A stretch of DNA of 64,000 nucleotides, taken from the NCBI RefSeq assembly GCF_011045215.1, contig NZ_CP049201.1. One strand, 5' to 3'. The position numbers and the translations under genes were made by a program. Numbering within the stretch: position 1 is the first letter of the stretch; every line of letters begins with the position of its first letter. This document shows, in pieces, positions 13,457-23,545 of this stretch. The stretch is from Escherichia coli. Its GTDB lineage: Bacteria; Pseudomonadota; Gammaproteobacteria; Enterobacterales; Enterobacteriaceae. Under the pieces are notes generated by a model. That model was not told where the DNA came from, made no database searches, and saw nothing but the letters and a program-made list of their open reading frames with translations.

Positions 13457-14707
13457 ATGGCACTTACTGATATCAAAGTTAGGACTACCAAGCCCTCCGA
13501 CAAACCTTTCAAACTCACAGATGGGCAGGGTATGCACCTGCTGATCAACCCCAATGGTTCAAAATACTGGCGACTCCAATACCGTTTCGATGGCAAACAG
13601 AAAGTTTTAGCATTGGGTGTTTATCCAATGGTCTCTCTTGGTGAAGCTCGCAGGAAACGAGATGAGGCTAAAAAGTTGGTATCTGATGGTATCGACCCTT
13701 CCGAGAAGAAAAAGGCAGACAAGATCGAGCAGAGCGAAGCTCTTACTTTTGAATCTGTTGCCAGGGACTGGCATAAGGCTTGTAAAAGGAAATGGTCAGA
13801 TTCCCATAGCGAGAGAGTTCTAAAAAGCATGGAAGATGGTCTCTTTACTGCTCTTGGTAAAAGAAAAATATCCGAGCTTAATACCAGAGATCTTCTTGCC
13901 CCTATCAAGGCTGTTGAAGCTTCTGGGCGACTGGAAGTTGCTTCCCGCCTACAGCAAAGAACAACGGCAGTGATGCGATATGCTGTCCAGAACGGGCTGA
14001 TAGATTACAACCCTGCCCAGGAGATGGCAGGAGCTATTGCAGTAGCTAAAAGAGTCCACAGGCCAGCTTTGCCATTCGAACGATTCTCAGAACTTTTAGA
14101 ACGAATTGATAGTTTCAAGGGTAGAAAACTCACGAAGTTAGCCGTAAAGCTGACATTGCTCATTTTCATTCGTTCCAGTGAACTTAGGTTTGCTCGTTGG
14201 TCAGAGATAGATTTCGACAATGCCATGTGGACTATCCCTGGGGAACGTGAGCCATTGCCAGGGGTCAAACATTCTCATCGAGGCTCAAAAATGAAGACAC
14301 CACACCTCGTGCCGTTAAGTCGCCAGGCTATAGAACTCCTCAAAGCTATCAAAGAAATCAGCGGTGAATGTGAACTTGTATTCATTGGTGATCATGATTT
14401 TAGAAAGCCTATGAGTGAAAACACGGTAAACAAGGCTTTAAGGTCTATGGGCTACGACACTACGGTTGAAGTATGTGGACATGGTTTTCGTGCGATGGCA
14501 TGTAGTGCGTTGATCGAATCGGGAAAATGGTCAAGGGATGCTGTTGAACGGCAGATGAGCCACCAAGAGCGAAACTCCGTTCGTGCTGCCTACATTCATA
14601 AAGCAGAACACCTTGATGAAAGAAGGCTTATGTTGCAGTGGTGGGCTGATTACCTTAATGCCTTGAAAGATAGGTTTATCAGTCCCTTTGATTTTACAAC
14701 AAAGTAG
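13457..14707 (+). CDS. P4-family tyrosine integrase
   Basis: 416-aa ORF adjacent to the tRNA; N-terminal KPFKLTDGQGMHLLINPNGSKYWRLQYRFDGK arm-binding region and a C-terminal catalytic domain typical of P4-like integrases. Confidence 0.9.
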   Translation: MALTDIKVRTTKPSDKPFKLTDGQGMHLLINPNGSKYWRLQYRFDGKQKVLALGVYPMVSLGEARRKRDEAKKLVSDGIDPSEKKKADKIEQSEALTFESVARDWHKACKRKWSDSHSERVLKSMEDGLFTALGKRKISELNTRDLLAPIKAVEASGRLEVASRLQQRTTAVMRYAVQNGLIDYNPAQEMAGAIAVAKRVHRPALPFERFSELLERIDSFKGRKLTKLAVKLTLLIFIRSSELRFARWSEIDFDNAMWTIPGEREPLPGVKHSHRGSKMKTPHLVPLSRQAIELLKAIKEISGECELVFIGDHDFRKPMSENTVNKALRSMGYDTTVEVCGHGFRAMACSALIESGKWSRDAVERQMSHQERNSVRAAYIHKAEHLDERRLMLQWWADYLNALKDRFISPFDFTTK

Positions 14708-14794
14708 CTTGATCAACGATTAACTATCCACTGGCATAGCCGTGTGATATGATTACAATGGCTATATTTTTAATTTAAATTTAATAGGTAAAAA

Positions 14795-15934
14795 ATGTCC
14801 ACAATTAACCCCGCAATTTTTTCTTTTTTCTCTGGTTCAGGATTTCTTGATCTTGGATTTGAAAAAAATGGTTATGAAGTGGTTTTCGTGAATGAATACC
14901 ATGCTCCGTTTATGGATGCATATAAACATTCGAGGAAAAAATTAAATATAGCACCACCTCGTTTTGGGTATGCAGAGTGCAGTATTGAAGATGTAGAACA
15001 TGAAAAAATTAAGTCTTCTATGCTTCAACTTAAAAATGAGGGGCGATTGACTGGATTTATTGGTGGTCCACCATGCCCGGATTTCTCTGTAGCGGGTAAA
15101 AATAAAGGTCGAGATGGTGAAAACGGTCGGCTTTCACAAAGCTATATTGATATCATTCTTGAAATGAAACCAGATTTCTTTCTTTTTGAGAATGTTAAAG
15201 GTCTATACCGTACCAGTAAACATAGGGAATTTTTTGACCATTTAAAAACTCAATTAGAATCGGTTGGTTATTGTTTGCATGAAAAACTAATAAATTCTAT
15301 TGAATATGGTGCTCCTCAAGATAGGCAACGAATCATATTGATTGGTTTCCTTGATGAAAAATATGCAAGCCAATTCAATTGGGGGCAAAGAGTCTACCCT
15401 GAAAGAACTGCATTTGAATATAAATGGCCGACGACAAACCAATTTTCAGAAAACACTTCTGTTATAAAACCAAAGGGTATCCCAGAAGAGTTAACAGTAG
15501 AGCATTGGTTCAAGAAAAACCAGGTTGATAATCATCCAAATGCAAAGCATGTATTCGCGGCAAGAGCAGGGCTTGCGAGGTTTTTGACTGTCGAAGAAGG
15601 GGATGATAGTAAAAAATCCTATAAAAGGTTACATAGATGGAGATTTTCACCAACTGCTGCTTACGGTAATAATGAGGTACATTTACATCCTTATAAACCA
15701 AGAAGAATTACTGTTGCCGAAGCATTAGCAATTCAGTCTTTACCAAAAGAATTTGAATTACCTGCTTATATGACTCTGTCTAATATGTTTAAAACTGTCG
15801 GTAACGGTGTACCCTACTTAGCAGCGGCCGGTATTGCCAAATCTATTATAGAGCATTTAGGAATCGAATATGAGAGTAACTGCGGCGAACTTAGCACAGG
15901 CGATTGCCAATCTACCAAGAAACACGCAGTTTAA
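14795..15934 (+). CDS. DNA (cytosine-5)-methyltransferase
   Basis: Motif I FSGSGF, motif IV GGPPCPDFS, motif VI ENV and motif VIII QDRQR, in the canonical order. Confidence 0.85.
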   Translation: MSTINPAIFSFFSGSGFLDLGFEKNGYEVVFVNEYHAPFMDAYKHSRKKLNIAPPRFGYAECSIEDVEHEKIKSSMLQLKNEGRLTGFIGGPPCPDFSVAGKNKGRDGENGRLSQSYIDIILEMKPDFFLFENVKGLYRTSKHREFFDHLKTQLESVGYCLHEKLINSIEYGAPQDRQRIILIGFLDEKYASQFNWGQRVYPERTAFEYKWPTTNQFSENTSVIKPKGIPEELTVEHWFKKNQVDNHPNAKHVFAARAGLARFLTVEEGDDSKKSYKRLHRWRFSPTAAYGNNEVHLHPYKPRRITVAEALAIQSLPKEFELPAYMTLSNMFKTVGNGVPYLAAAGIAKSIIEHLGIEYESNCGELSTGDCQSTKKHAV

Positions 15935-16946
15935 TTATGTAAATGTGCGAAATTCGGGAAGAATCATTGTAACGAATGTTCAACTTCCCGAAGGCCCAAT
16001 AGAATTCAAAAGATTCGATCCAAAAAAGGGTGAGACACTGCATAGTTCTAAATCGGAAAGCATCTCCACACAAATGTTGTGGAGATTGGCTAATGCTTTA
16101 CAGGAAGATGTCCCTGTCAATTTGGATCGTATTTTTGGTGCAAGCTATAATACACGTGCTGTTCTCGAAAGCCTTTTGGCCCATACTCCTGAGTTTTATT
16201 GGTGTAAGCTTGATCGCCTTGAGGTAATGAACACTCAGAAAAATATTAAAAAAGGTCACAAGCACCTTATTTATAGACCAAATGACCCACATGAAAATGG
16301 TGTAGCAATAGAACATACTACTAATGTTATAATTTCTGAAATGAATTTAGATGTTGTCCATCAATCAGTTGATATAGAGACAATCTTACCTACTAAAGGA
16401 ATGACGATTGAGGAAAAAAGACGTCATGCACAAATTCAAATCTCATTAGTAAAAATAGGTCATTACTTAGGTTATCGGACATGGGTTGCAGCAAATGATC
16501 GTGGCCTCCAATATAATGGAAAATCTATAGCCCAAATGGATGGGGTCATAGATAATTTAAGAAATGAACAAGTGCTTCAATCATATGATAAAGCTATCAA
16601 AGAAGCTCGGCTTATAGATTGTATTTGGTTTCGAAATGGAAAATTAATGCCTGCAGTTATGGAGATTGAGCATAGCACTGGTATTAAAAGTGGTTTGGTA
16701 AGGATGAAACAATTTTATGATTATGCACCACAGTTAAAAAATATACGTTGGACCGTTGTGGCACCTGACGAATATAGAAATAAAGTTATAGAGTTTTCTA
16801 ATATGCCACAATTTAAAGAATTAGATACTCGATTCTTCCCCTATTCTGCTGTAGAGGAACTCTATTCATTATGTGCAAGAAGGAATCCTCAAGGAATTAC
16901 AGACGATTTCCTTGATGCATTCATGGAAAAGTGTGTGACACATTAA
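15870..16946 (+). CDS. Hypothetical protein, candidate restriction endonuclease partner of the methyltransferase
   Basis: 358-aa ORF overlapping the methyltransferase 3' end by 65 nt on the same strand; assignment by context only, no motif recognised. Confidence 0.45.
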   Translation: MRVTAANLAQAIANLPRNTQFNYVNVRNSGRIIVTNVQLPEGPIEFKRFDPKKGETLHSSKSESISTQMLWRLANALQEDVPVNLDRIFGASYNTRAVLESLLAHTPEFYWCKLDRLEVMNTQKNIKKGHKHLIYRPNDPHENGVAIEHTTNVIISEMNLDVVHQSVDIETILPTKGMTIEEKRRHAQIQISLVKIGHYLGYRTWVAANDRGLQYNGKSIAQMDGVIDNLRNEQVLQSYDKAIKEARLIDCIWFRNGKLMPAVMEIEHSTGIKSGLVRMKQFYDYAPQLKNIRWTVVAPDEYRNKVIEFSNMPQFKELDTRFFPYSAVEELYSLCARRNPQGITDDFLDAFMEKCVTH

Positions 16947-17083
16947 TCCTTCATAATCAGTTACCGGAGCAAATTACTTTTCTCCGGTTGGTTAACTGAA
17001 TATTAGTATTAAAATCTGATGGTGTTTATTTTATAAATATCAAATGTAATGGTATTTTCAATAATTATATCTAAGAGCGGTTT

Positions 17084-17893
17084 ATGAGAGTAATTAGCCC
17101 CTTTGAGGAATTGAAGAACTGGTTTAATCTTGATAACTATGAACCGATAAAATCGTTTACAATCAAGGAACTACATAGAGAGATTGTCTTTAGAGAAGCG
17201 ATTTTCGACAGTGTAAATTTTGGATGGGAAGATGATAATCAAAATTTAAGGTCTATCCTTGAAGGTAATCCTATTTTAAGCAGACAAGATAATAATCATG
17301 GTCATTTTGGCAAGGGCCAAAGACATGTTGCGCAGGTTAGCTTTGGTGATATAAAAAAATTAGAGAATAAGTTGATAATGTTTAGCATGGATTTTTTTGA
17401 AGAAAATGGTGATTTCAAAAAAGAGTTGAAAAAGAAACCAATAACAAAAACTATGAGAGACTTTTTTCTCAACAAAAATAGCAGCAAGATGTATGTATCA
17501 TTTGATTTGGGGTTATCTAGTGATGAGGAAATTATATCAGCCCTGCAAACTATGCTTCCAACTCTAAGGAAAGAATACGAGATTGACCCAGTAAAAACAG
17601 AAAAGATAGGGCTCGCAAAAATAAGAAAACTTGTCGATTACAACATTATTCCTATGATGGACTTACTAATTTGGTCAAAATTCAAAAAAGCAAAAATCTC
17701 AAATATGGTCTTGTCTCGTGTGTTGTATCCTGATTTCACTCACGAGATTAGAGGCGAAGATCACATTAAAGATACAGACAGGCCCATTGCTGAGAAGGCT
17801 TTAAATGGAGAGATAACTCGTAGTTTGGAGTACTTTCTTAGTAAAAACAGTCATCTCATCAACATACCGATTTCAGAACTCGGATCTCTCTAG
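17084..17893 (+). CDS. Hypothetical protein
   Basis: 269-aa AT-rich ORF, no recognisable motif. Confidence 0.5.
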   Translation: MRVISPFEELKNWFNLDNYEPIKSFTIKELHREIVFREAIFDSVNFGWEDDNQNLRSILEGNPILSRQDNNHGHFGKGQRHVAQVSFGDIKKLENKLIMFSMDFFEENGDFKKELKKKPITKTMRDFFLNKNSSKMYVSFDLGLSSDEEIISALQTMLPTLRKEYEIDPVKTEKIGLAKIRKLVDYNIIPMMDLLIWSKFKKAKISNMVLSRVLYPDFTHEIRGEDHIKDTDRPIAEKALNGEITRSLEYFLSKNSHLINIPISELGSL

Positions 17894-18058
17894 CTATAAA
17901 TCATCATGCAATTGTCAAGGGGATGGTGAAAATATTTTTCTTCCCCTAAATTTCTCTCCATTCTTTCCTCATCTAAATTTTCAGTTATCAGCACTCCCTT
18001 CATAGATACAAATCTGTGTGGCTAATATCTCCTTAACGGAAGCGGAGGAGACAGCCAA

Positions 18059-18265
18059 ATGAATACAACCAATCAAAGCTTAATTCGTTTACCAGAAGTC
18101 TTGAAACGAACTGGTTTCGGCAAGGCCTGGATCTATCGTCTGATCAGTGAAGGTCGGTTTCCGGCACCCGTTAAGATCGGAATTCGTGCCGTTGCTTTTG
18201 TCGAGAGTGAAGTTGACGAGTGGATTCTATCAGTTATCGAAACAAACAGAATTAAAGTTGCTTAA
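18059..18265 (+). CDS. alpA: AlpA-family DNA-binding regulator (excisionase-like)
   Basis: 68-aa ORF; LIRLPEVLKRTGFGKAWIYRLISEGRFPAPVKIG is a typical AlpA/MerR-like helix-turn-helix. Confidence 0.8.
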   Translation: MNTTNQSLIRLPEVLKRTGFGKAWIYRLISEGRFPAPVKIGIRAVAFVESEVDEWILSVIETNRIKVA

Positions 18266-18286
18266 TTAAACCTAGGAGAGATTTTT

Positions 18287-18601
18287 ATGAATATCGAAGA
18301 ATTTATGAATGAAGAAAACCATATGTGCAATTTAGGCGAGGATCTTTTTTGCAAGATCTTCGAACCCGGAGCGATTTATGATTTGCCGAATAGCGATTTT
18401 AATAAAGAAATCATTTACTGGCTCAGTCAGTATCTTGTCGGAAATTTGAGACAACCTTTAGACGCGATCTCTGAGCTTGATATTTTCGAGCAGTTTTATG
18501 TTTACGAGACATGGTTCTCGCTAATTAAATGCCCAGATGAAATTAGAAATTTATCGAAACGGATAATTCGATATCAGATTGGGTTAAAAACCATTCTTTG
18601 A
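18287..18601 (+). CDS. Hypothetical protein
   Basis: 104-aa ORF starting 22 nt after alpA. Confidence 0.45.
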   Translation: MNIEEFMNEENHMCNLGEDLFCKIFEPGAIYDLPNSDFNKEIIYWLSQYLVGNLRQPLDAISELDIFEQFYVYETWFSLIKCPDEIRNLSKRIIRYQIGLKTIL

Positions 18602-18732
18602 AAGAACCTATATTTAGTACTATTTTGTAAATTGCATTGTTGAAATGATAGTGCTATTTGCTTTTTGATTTACAAAACATCTTTAACTTCTTTTAAAATA
18701 ATGGGTTAACTATTTTAAGTGAAAAGAAAGGA

Positions 18733-18762
18733 TTATAATATCCCTCTAGAGGGATATTATAA
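18733..18762. promoter_or_regulatory. Perfect 30-bp palindrome upstream of the recombinase trio (candidate operator or recombination core site)
   Basis: ttataatatccctctagagggatattataa is its own reverse complement; lies about 130 bp upstream of the first recombinase gene. Confidence 0.5.
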
Positions 18763-18893
18763 ATTTTCGGCCGGTATGCGTCATTGTAAAAGGGAATAAT
18801 ATTAAATTCAGGAAAATATATTTGTAAATTGCTTATGTTATATGCTTTATTTATTTTCACTGACAATTAAATGTAAATAGAGGCGATATTACT

Positions 18894-20156
18894 TTGAAAT
18901 ATAAAATAAAAAGATTGAAGAATAAAGATGGTATCAGAAGTTGCATTATTATTAATGAGAGCAACGGATTACCCTTGGTTTATTCTAACTTATATATGAG
19001 TGTTATTTCACGAACAAATAGCTATTCATTTTCAACAATGGAAGCAATAGCAAATGCTTTGCTTTTATTTGAAAGATATAATGCTTACATGAATGTGGAT
19101 GTTTTTGATATGGTAAATCCTGACATCGAAAAACTTGTCTCGAACAAAGGATATTTATTCGGGTTAATGAATGCCCTTTCTTACAGAAACGACTTAGAGA
19201 ATGTTACAAGCATTCTTAAAGAACAACATGTCTCTAAAAGAACCCTTTATTTCAAGATAATGACAATTGAAAATTACGTCAAATGGTTTTTTGATAACAT
19301 TGCTATCAATAATATTGATTCTTCTCGTTATGAAGCAATCAGTCGAGCATTTGATTTTATAAAGCCAAGAATAGAGAACGGAAAGAATTACAATATTGAA
19401 AGCGAAAGCAAATCATTGACAAATGAGCAAGTTACAACTTTGACTGATATGGTAAGTGTTAAATCTAAGATTAATCCATTTTCGGAGCATGTAAGGTTTC
19501 GAAATAATCTAATAATTAAAATTTTATTAGAGACAGGTATTAGGGGAGGGGAACTACTTAATATTAAGTTGGTTGATTTTGACTATGTCCACAAAAGTCT
19601 ATGCATAGTAAGAAGGCCAGATGATCAAAACGAACCACGATTAAGGCAACCATTGGTTAAAACTTTAGAAAGAAAAATACCATTGAGTATAGAATTGACT
19701 GAGTTAATACAGAATTATATTAGTGATTTCAGAGGTAAGCAGTGTCATGCAGGGGAGCATGACTATCTGCTTGTTACTCATAGCAGTAAAGGTCAATTAG
19801 GTCATGCATTAACTATTTCAGGTTATCAGAAAATTTTCGAACAAATTAGGAAAAATAGTAATGTTTTGAGCGATATTGTGGGGCATTCGCTAAGACATAC
19901 TTGGAATGTGAAATTCTCAGAAATGATGCTCATGAATTCGAACTCTCAGGAATATATTACTTATGAGAAAGTAAGAAATTATCTTATGGGGTGGAAAAAG
20001 AATAGTACAACCTCAGATATCTATAACCAAGCATTTATAGCACAAGAAAGCCGAAAAATAATGGCTGTTATTAATCCACTCAAAAACATAGTAGAGGACA
20101 AATCCAATGTTTCAAACTCTAAGAAAGCTACAAGAAAGTCAATATTCGGTTTTTGA
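18894..20156 (+). CDS. Tyrosine recombinase-like protein A (first of three tandem genes)
   Basis: 420 aa, probable TTG start; catalytic-domain elements TGIRGGE (Arg box), HSLRHT and a C-terminal Tyr (TSDIY). Confidence 0.75.
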   Translation: MKYKIKRLKNKDGIRSCIIINESNGLPLVYSNLYMSVISRTNSYSFSTMEAIANALLLFERYNAYMNVDVFDMVNPDIEKLVSNKGYLFGLMNALSYRNDLENVTSILKEQHVSKRTLYFKIMTIENYVKWFFDNIAINNIDSSRYEAISRAFDFIKPRIENGKNYNIESESKSLTNEQVTTLTDMVSVKSKINPFSEHVRFRNNLIIKILLETGIRGGELLNIKLVDFDYVHKSLCIVRRPDDQNEPRLRQPLVKTLERKIPLSIELTELIQNYISDFRGKQCHAGEHDYLLVTHSSKGQLGHALTISGYQKIFEQIRKNSNVLSDIVGHSLRHTWNVKFSEMMLMNSNSQEYITYEKVRNYLMGWKKNSTTSDIYNQAFIAQESRKIMAVINPLKNIVEDKSNVSNSKKATRKSIFGF

Positions 20157-21432
20157 AACCAAGGATGGTAATTTCAAAGTGAACTTTTCTTATTCCAAGT
20201 GGAAGATAAGTGAAAGTATAACATTGAACATTGATTCTTTAAGAGTGGTCATCAGTGCATATATACCTATCAAAACCACTTTGGCATATTTCGCTATAAA
20301 TTATAGTGCCAGTTATACTAAGAAAATGTTTTATGCAGTAAAGCATTACATTAAGGCCTGTAATACGAATGATAGCTTGTTTTCTAAAGATTGCATAAAG
20401 TATTACTATAAAGTTGTGAGCTCATTAGATTACACACATGCAGAGACAGTCAAATATTTTTTTATGAAGATGAGTGGTCTTTACCCATCTTTGTTTTCGG
20501 CAGAAGCAATCATATTTTTAGAAAATATTAAAGTTAAAAAAACAAATGCAAACAAGTCTATAAAGACACATGATTATAAAAAAGGTCCCTTTAGTGACTC
20601 GCAATTAAAGGTAATTATAGATTCTGTAGCGATAGCTTATAAGGAAGAAAAGGTAAGTCTGTCAAACTATCTGCTAACCTTCCTTGTTGCATATTCCGGG
20701 CGGCGACCTATGCAAATATCTCAACTTGAAGCTGGTGATCTCTTTGCTTTTAATGGAGAGTACTTTCTCAATATCCCAAGAATTAAACAACGAAATGGAT
20801 ATAGAAAAGAGTTTAGAAAATTACAAATTCCAGAAGAGCTTTTTAGCCAATTGACATATCTCGTTGAAGCTGTGAATTCGCTGGTCAGTGACACATTAAA
20901 AATCGATTTAAGTGAAAAACAAAAGAGAAAACTACCAATTTTTATAAACACATATCCATTCAAAAAAGGATGTGTTGAGCTAAACATGATTGAAAGTGGT
21001 GGATTAAAACTTAACCCCTATGCCATAACACTAAAAATAAGGAACACTATAAATCGTTCAATAAATGAATATCAAGCCTATCTGGGGTGTATAAATTCGC
21101 GCAGATTTAGATATTCATTAGGCACTAAGGTTGCACAATTGGGTTATAGTCCTTCACTGATAGCAAATGTTTTGGACCATTCTTCAATCAATTCTGTTAT
21201 GAGTTATATAGAAAATACAGCGGAAAATGGCAAGAGAATTAATGAAGCTGTAAATGAACTAATGAAGCCACTGGCTAACAAATTTATTGAGGGAAAAGAG
21301 CTTCAGAAAGAGTTAGATTCTTTGAAGCATTTGATAGAAGAATACTGCGGTGGATATAAAACTAACTCTTTTGATAATACAGCAATATCGTTAGTAACTA
21401 ATTCTATCGACGATATGATCAATAGCATTTAA
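20107..21432 (+). CDS. Tyrosine recombinase-like protein B (second of three)
   Basis: 441 aa; AYSGRRPMQISQLE Arg box, box II RRFRYSLGT with Arg in place of the usual first His, and a C-terminal Tyr (VMSYI); GAGGA ribosome-binding site; overlaps gene A by 50 nt. Confidence 0.7.
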   Translation: MFQTLRKLQESQYSVFETKDGNFKVNFSYSKWKISESITLNIDSLRVVISAYIPIKTTLAYFAINYSASYTKKMFYAVKHYIKACNTNDSLFSKDCIKYYYKVVSSLDYTHAETVKYFFMKMSGLYPSLFSAEAIIFLENIKVKKTNANKSIKTHDYKKGPFSDSQLKVIIDSVAIAYKEEKVSLSNYLLTFLVAYSGRRPMQISQLEAGDLFAFNGEYFLNIPRIKQRNGYRKEFRKLQIPEELFSQLTYLVEAVNSLVSDTLKIDLSEKQKRKLPIFINTYPFKKGCVELNMIESGGLKLNPYAITLKIRNTINRSINEYQAYLGCINSRRFRYSLGTKVAQLGYSPSLIANVLDHSSINSVMSYIENTAENGKRINEAVNELMKPLANKFIEGKELQKELDSLKHLIEEYCGGYKTNSFDNTAISLVTNSIDDMINSI

Positions 21433-21444
21433 AAGAAGGATAAA

Positions 21445-23052
21445 GTGATGAAAGAAATCCATGATAAAATGATTAATAACTTCATTATCGCTAATAAGGC
21501 CCATGCGAAAAATTTTGGAAATTTTGAGTGGGATAATTCAAGTTGGGGAGGCGGAATTACATTTTTTAGCGGAATCAAGGTTAGAATGGGGAACAAGAAT
21601 AAGAAATTAATGAATTATAACATTGCAGAGTTCGCAAAAGCATATGTATGGCATGAGTGCTTTCATGATTTATCTGTAGCTTTCAGAGTGCTGAGATTAT
21701 TTAGGATATTAGAAATTGCCATAGGTAAAACAAATAAAGAAGTTAAGATTTCAAGTATAGATCATAAAGTATTAGATGAAGTTATGACTATTGTTCAAGA
21801 AAATTTTGCAATATCCACTTCTTATAAAATATATTTAGATCTTAGGGTATTATGTTCTTTTATGTCTAAGAACGAAATGTTGCCAGAATCCATTACACGA
21901 TGGTCATATCCATTTAAGGCATATGATGCTTACACAAATAGCACAATGGATTCGATGGGAAATTTATCCAATCAGAAAAAACTTCCTGATGAAAAGGCTA
22001 TAGATTTTATTGGTAAAATATTTAGCTCTAATCCAGTTAATGAAAGGGATATATTTACATCTTCTATTTTTGCATTGCTCTTATGTGCTCCATCTCGAAT
22101 TAGTGAAATTATGCTTTTAGAAGAGGACTGTGAAGTTATAGTTGAAGATAGTAATGGCATATCAAGATATGGTTTGCGATTTCTTTCTCTGAAGGGCTTT
22201 GGATACAATACCAAATGGATTCCAGACTGTATGGTTTCTGTAGCTTCAAAGGCTATCATGCGATTGAAAAAACTTACAAGGAATGCAAGGGTTGTTTCTC
22301 GGTTAATAAAAGCAGGGGAAATTAATTTATACGAGTCATTAAACAAAAGTGCGTTTGATTGTTTAACAATTGAAGATCTCCACAAACTTGGCTTTGTTAT
22401 AAATCAATTAAATATCTCCCAAGAAAATCTAAAATTCTTGGCTAAGATAAAACATGGTACAGTCAGTGTAAAAGCATTTTGGATTTATATAGAGCGAAAG
22501 AATGTTAATTCTGAAAATATTAATGCTAATTTATGCTCCATAAATCATAATTTATTGGACTCTATCAAGGGTGCTGATATTTTTACAACAATTAAGGCAT
22601 CTTCAAAGTATTTTAGAGCGGATTTTCGCACCGATAATATGAATAACATATTTCATAGGAATATACATTTTAACTGTGATGGTTCTGTTTTAATTTTCCG
22701 CAGCCATCAAATTAGACATTTACTTAATACTATAGCTCAACGAAGCGTATTGTCAGAGATACAAATTGCCCAATGGTCTGGGAGAAGGAGTGTTAAGCAG
22801 AATTCAGTATATGATCATATGTCTCACAACGAGTTATCAGAACTATCAAGGAAACTATTGAACGGAAACACCTACGAAGAAACAAAAATTTCAGCATCTT
22901 CATTTAATGAACAATCGATTATTATGAATTTGATTAAAGATAAATTTGAAAAACTAGAATTAAAAATCCAAAATTCAGATCCAAGAAAAAGAAAATATAT
23001 TCTGGAAAAAATTAAAGATTTAAGATTGGAAATTGAATACATATTAATGTGA
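21445..23052 (+). CDS. Tyrosine recombinase-like protein C (third of three)
   Basis: 535 aa, GTG start; CAPSRISEI Arg box, HQIRHLL box II and a C-terminal Tyr (NSVYDH). Confidence 0.7.
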   Translation: MMKEIHDKMINNFIIANKAHAKNFGNFEWDNSSWGGGITFFSGIKVRMGNKNKKLMNYNIAEFAKAYVWHECFHDLSVAFRVLRLFRILEIAIGKTNKEVKISSIDHKVLDEVMTIVQENFAISTSYKIYLDLRVLCSFMSKNEMLPESITRWSYPFKAYDAYTNSTMDSMGNLSNQKKLPDEKAIDFIGKIFSSNPVNERDIFTSSIFALLLCAPSRISEIMLLEEDCEVIVEDSNGISRYGLRFLSLKGFGYNTKWIPDCMVSVASKAIMRLKKLTRNARVVSRLIKAGEINLYESLNKSAFDCLTIEDLHKLGFVINQLNISQENLKFLAKIKHGTVSVKAFWIYIERKNVNSENINANLCSINHNLLDSIKGADIFTTIKASSKYFRADFRTDNMNNIFHRNIHFNCDGSVLIFRSHQIRHLLNTIAQRSVLSEIQIAQWSGRRSVKQNSVYDHMSHNELSELSRKLLNGNTYEETKISASSFNEQSIIMNLIKDKFEKLELKIQNSDPRKRKYILEKIKDLRLEIEYILM

Positions 23053-23061
23053 GGAGATTAT

Positions 23062-23460
23062 ATGGCAAGAAAGTTTTATGATAAAGAAATAAAAGCTATT
23101 GTTAAACTTATTGAAACCTGGAGTAAGCCTGATTTCACTTGGGATTCTTTATGCGTGGCTTGCAAAAAAATTTTAGGTAAAGTACCTACACGGCAAGCAT
23201 TAAGCCAGCATAGTGAGATTGTCGTTGCGTATAGGACCAGAAAAAGATCTGGTATGGTTAAACGTCAAAATACGAAGTTACCCGGTAGCCTGAGCCTTGC
23301 GGCGAAAAGAATAGAACGACTTGAAAATGATAATTCGGCACTAAAATATGAAAATAATAATTTACTGCTTATGATTCAAAGAATGCACGAAAATGCTTAC
23401 AGGCATAATATATTGGCTTCTATTCTTGAAGAAGAATTTCCACAGAGAGCAAGAAAATAA
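23062..23460 (+). CDS. Small basic protein with a predicted coiled coil, coupled to the recombinase trio
   Basis: 132-aa ORF starting 9 nt after recombinase C; the C-terminal half (AAKRIERLENDNSALKYENNNLLLMIQRMHENAY) looks coiled-coil. Confidence 0.5.
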   Translation: MARKFYDKEIKAIVKLIETWSKPDFTWDSLCVACKKILGKVPTRQALSQHSEIVVAYRTRKRSGMVKRQNTKLPGSLSLAAKRIERLENDNSALKYENNNLLLMIQRMHENAYRHNILASILEEEFPQRARK

Positions 23461-23545
23461 TATTTTGATAGGTTTTATCTATTGACAGGTGATGTTAATA
23501 TGGTATTTGTAAATATAGTCAGGAAGACAAAACTAACTTGCAAGG

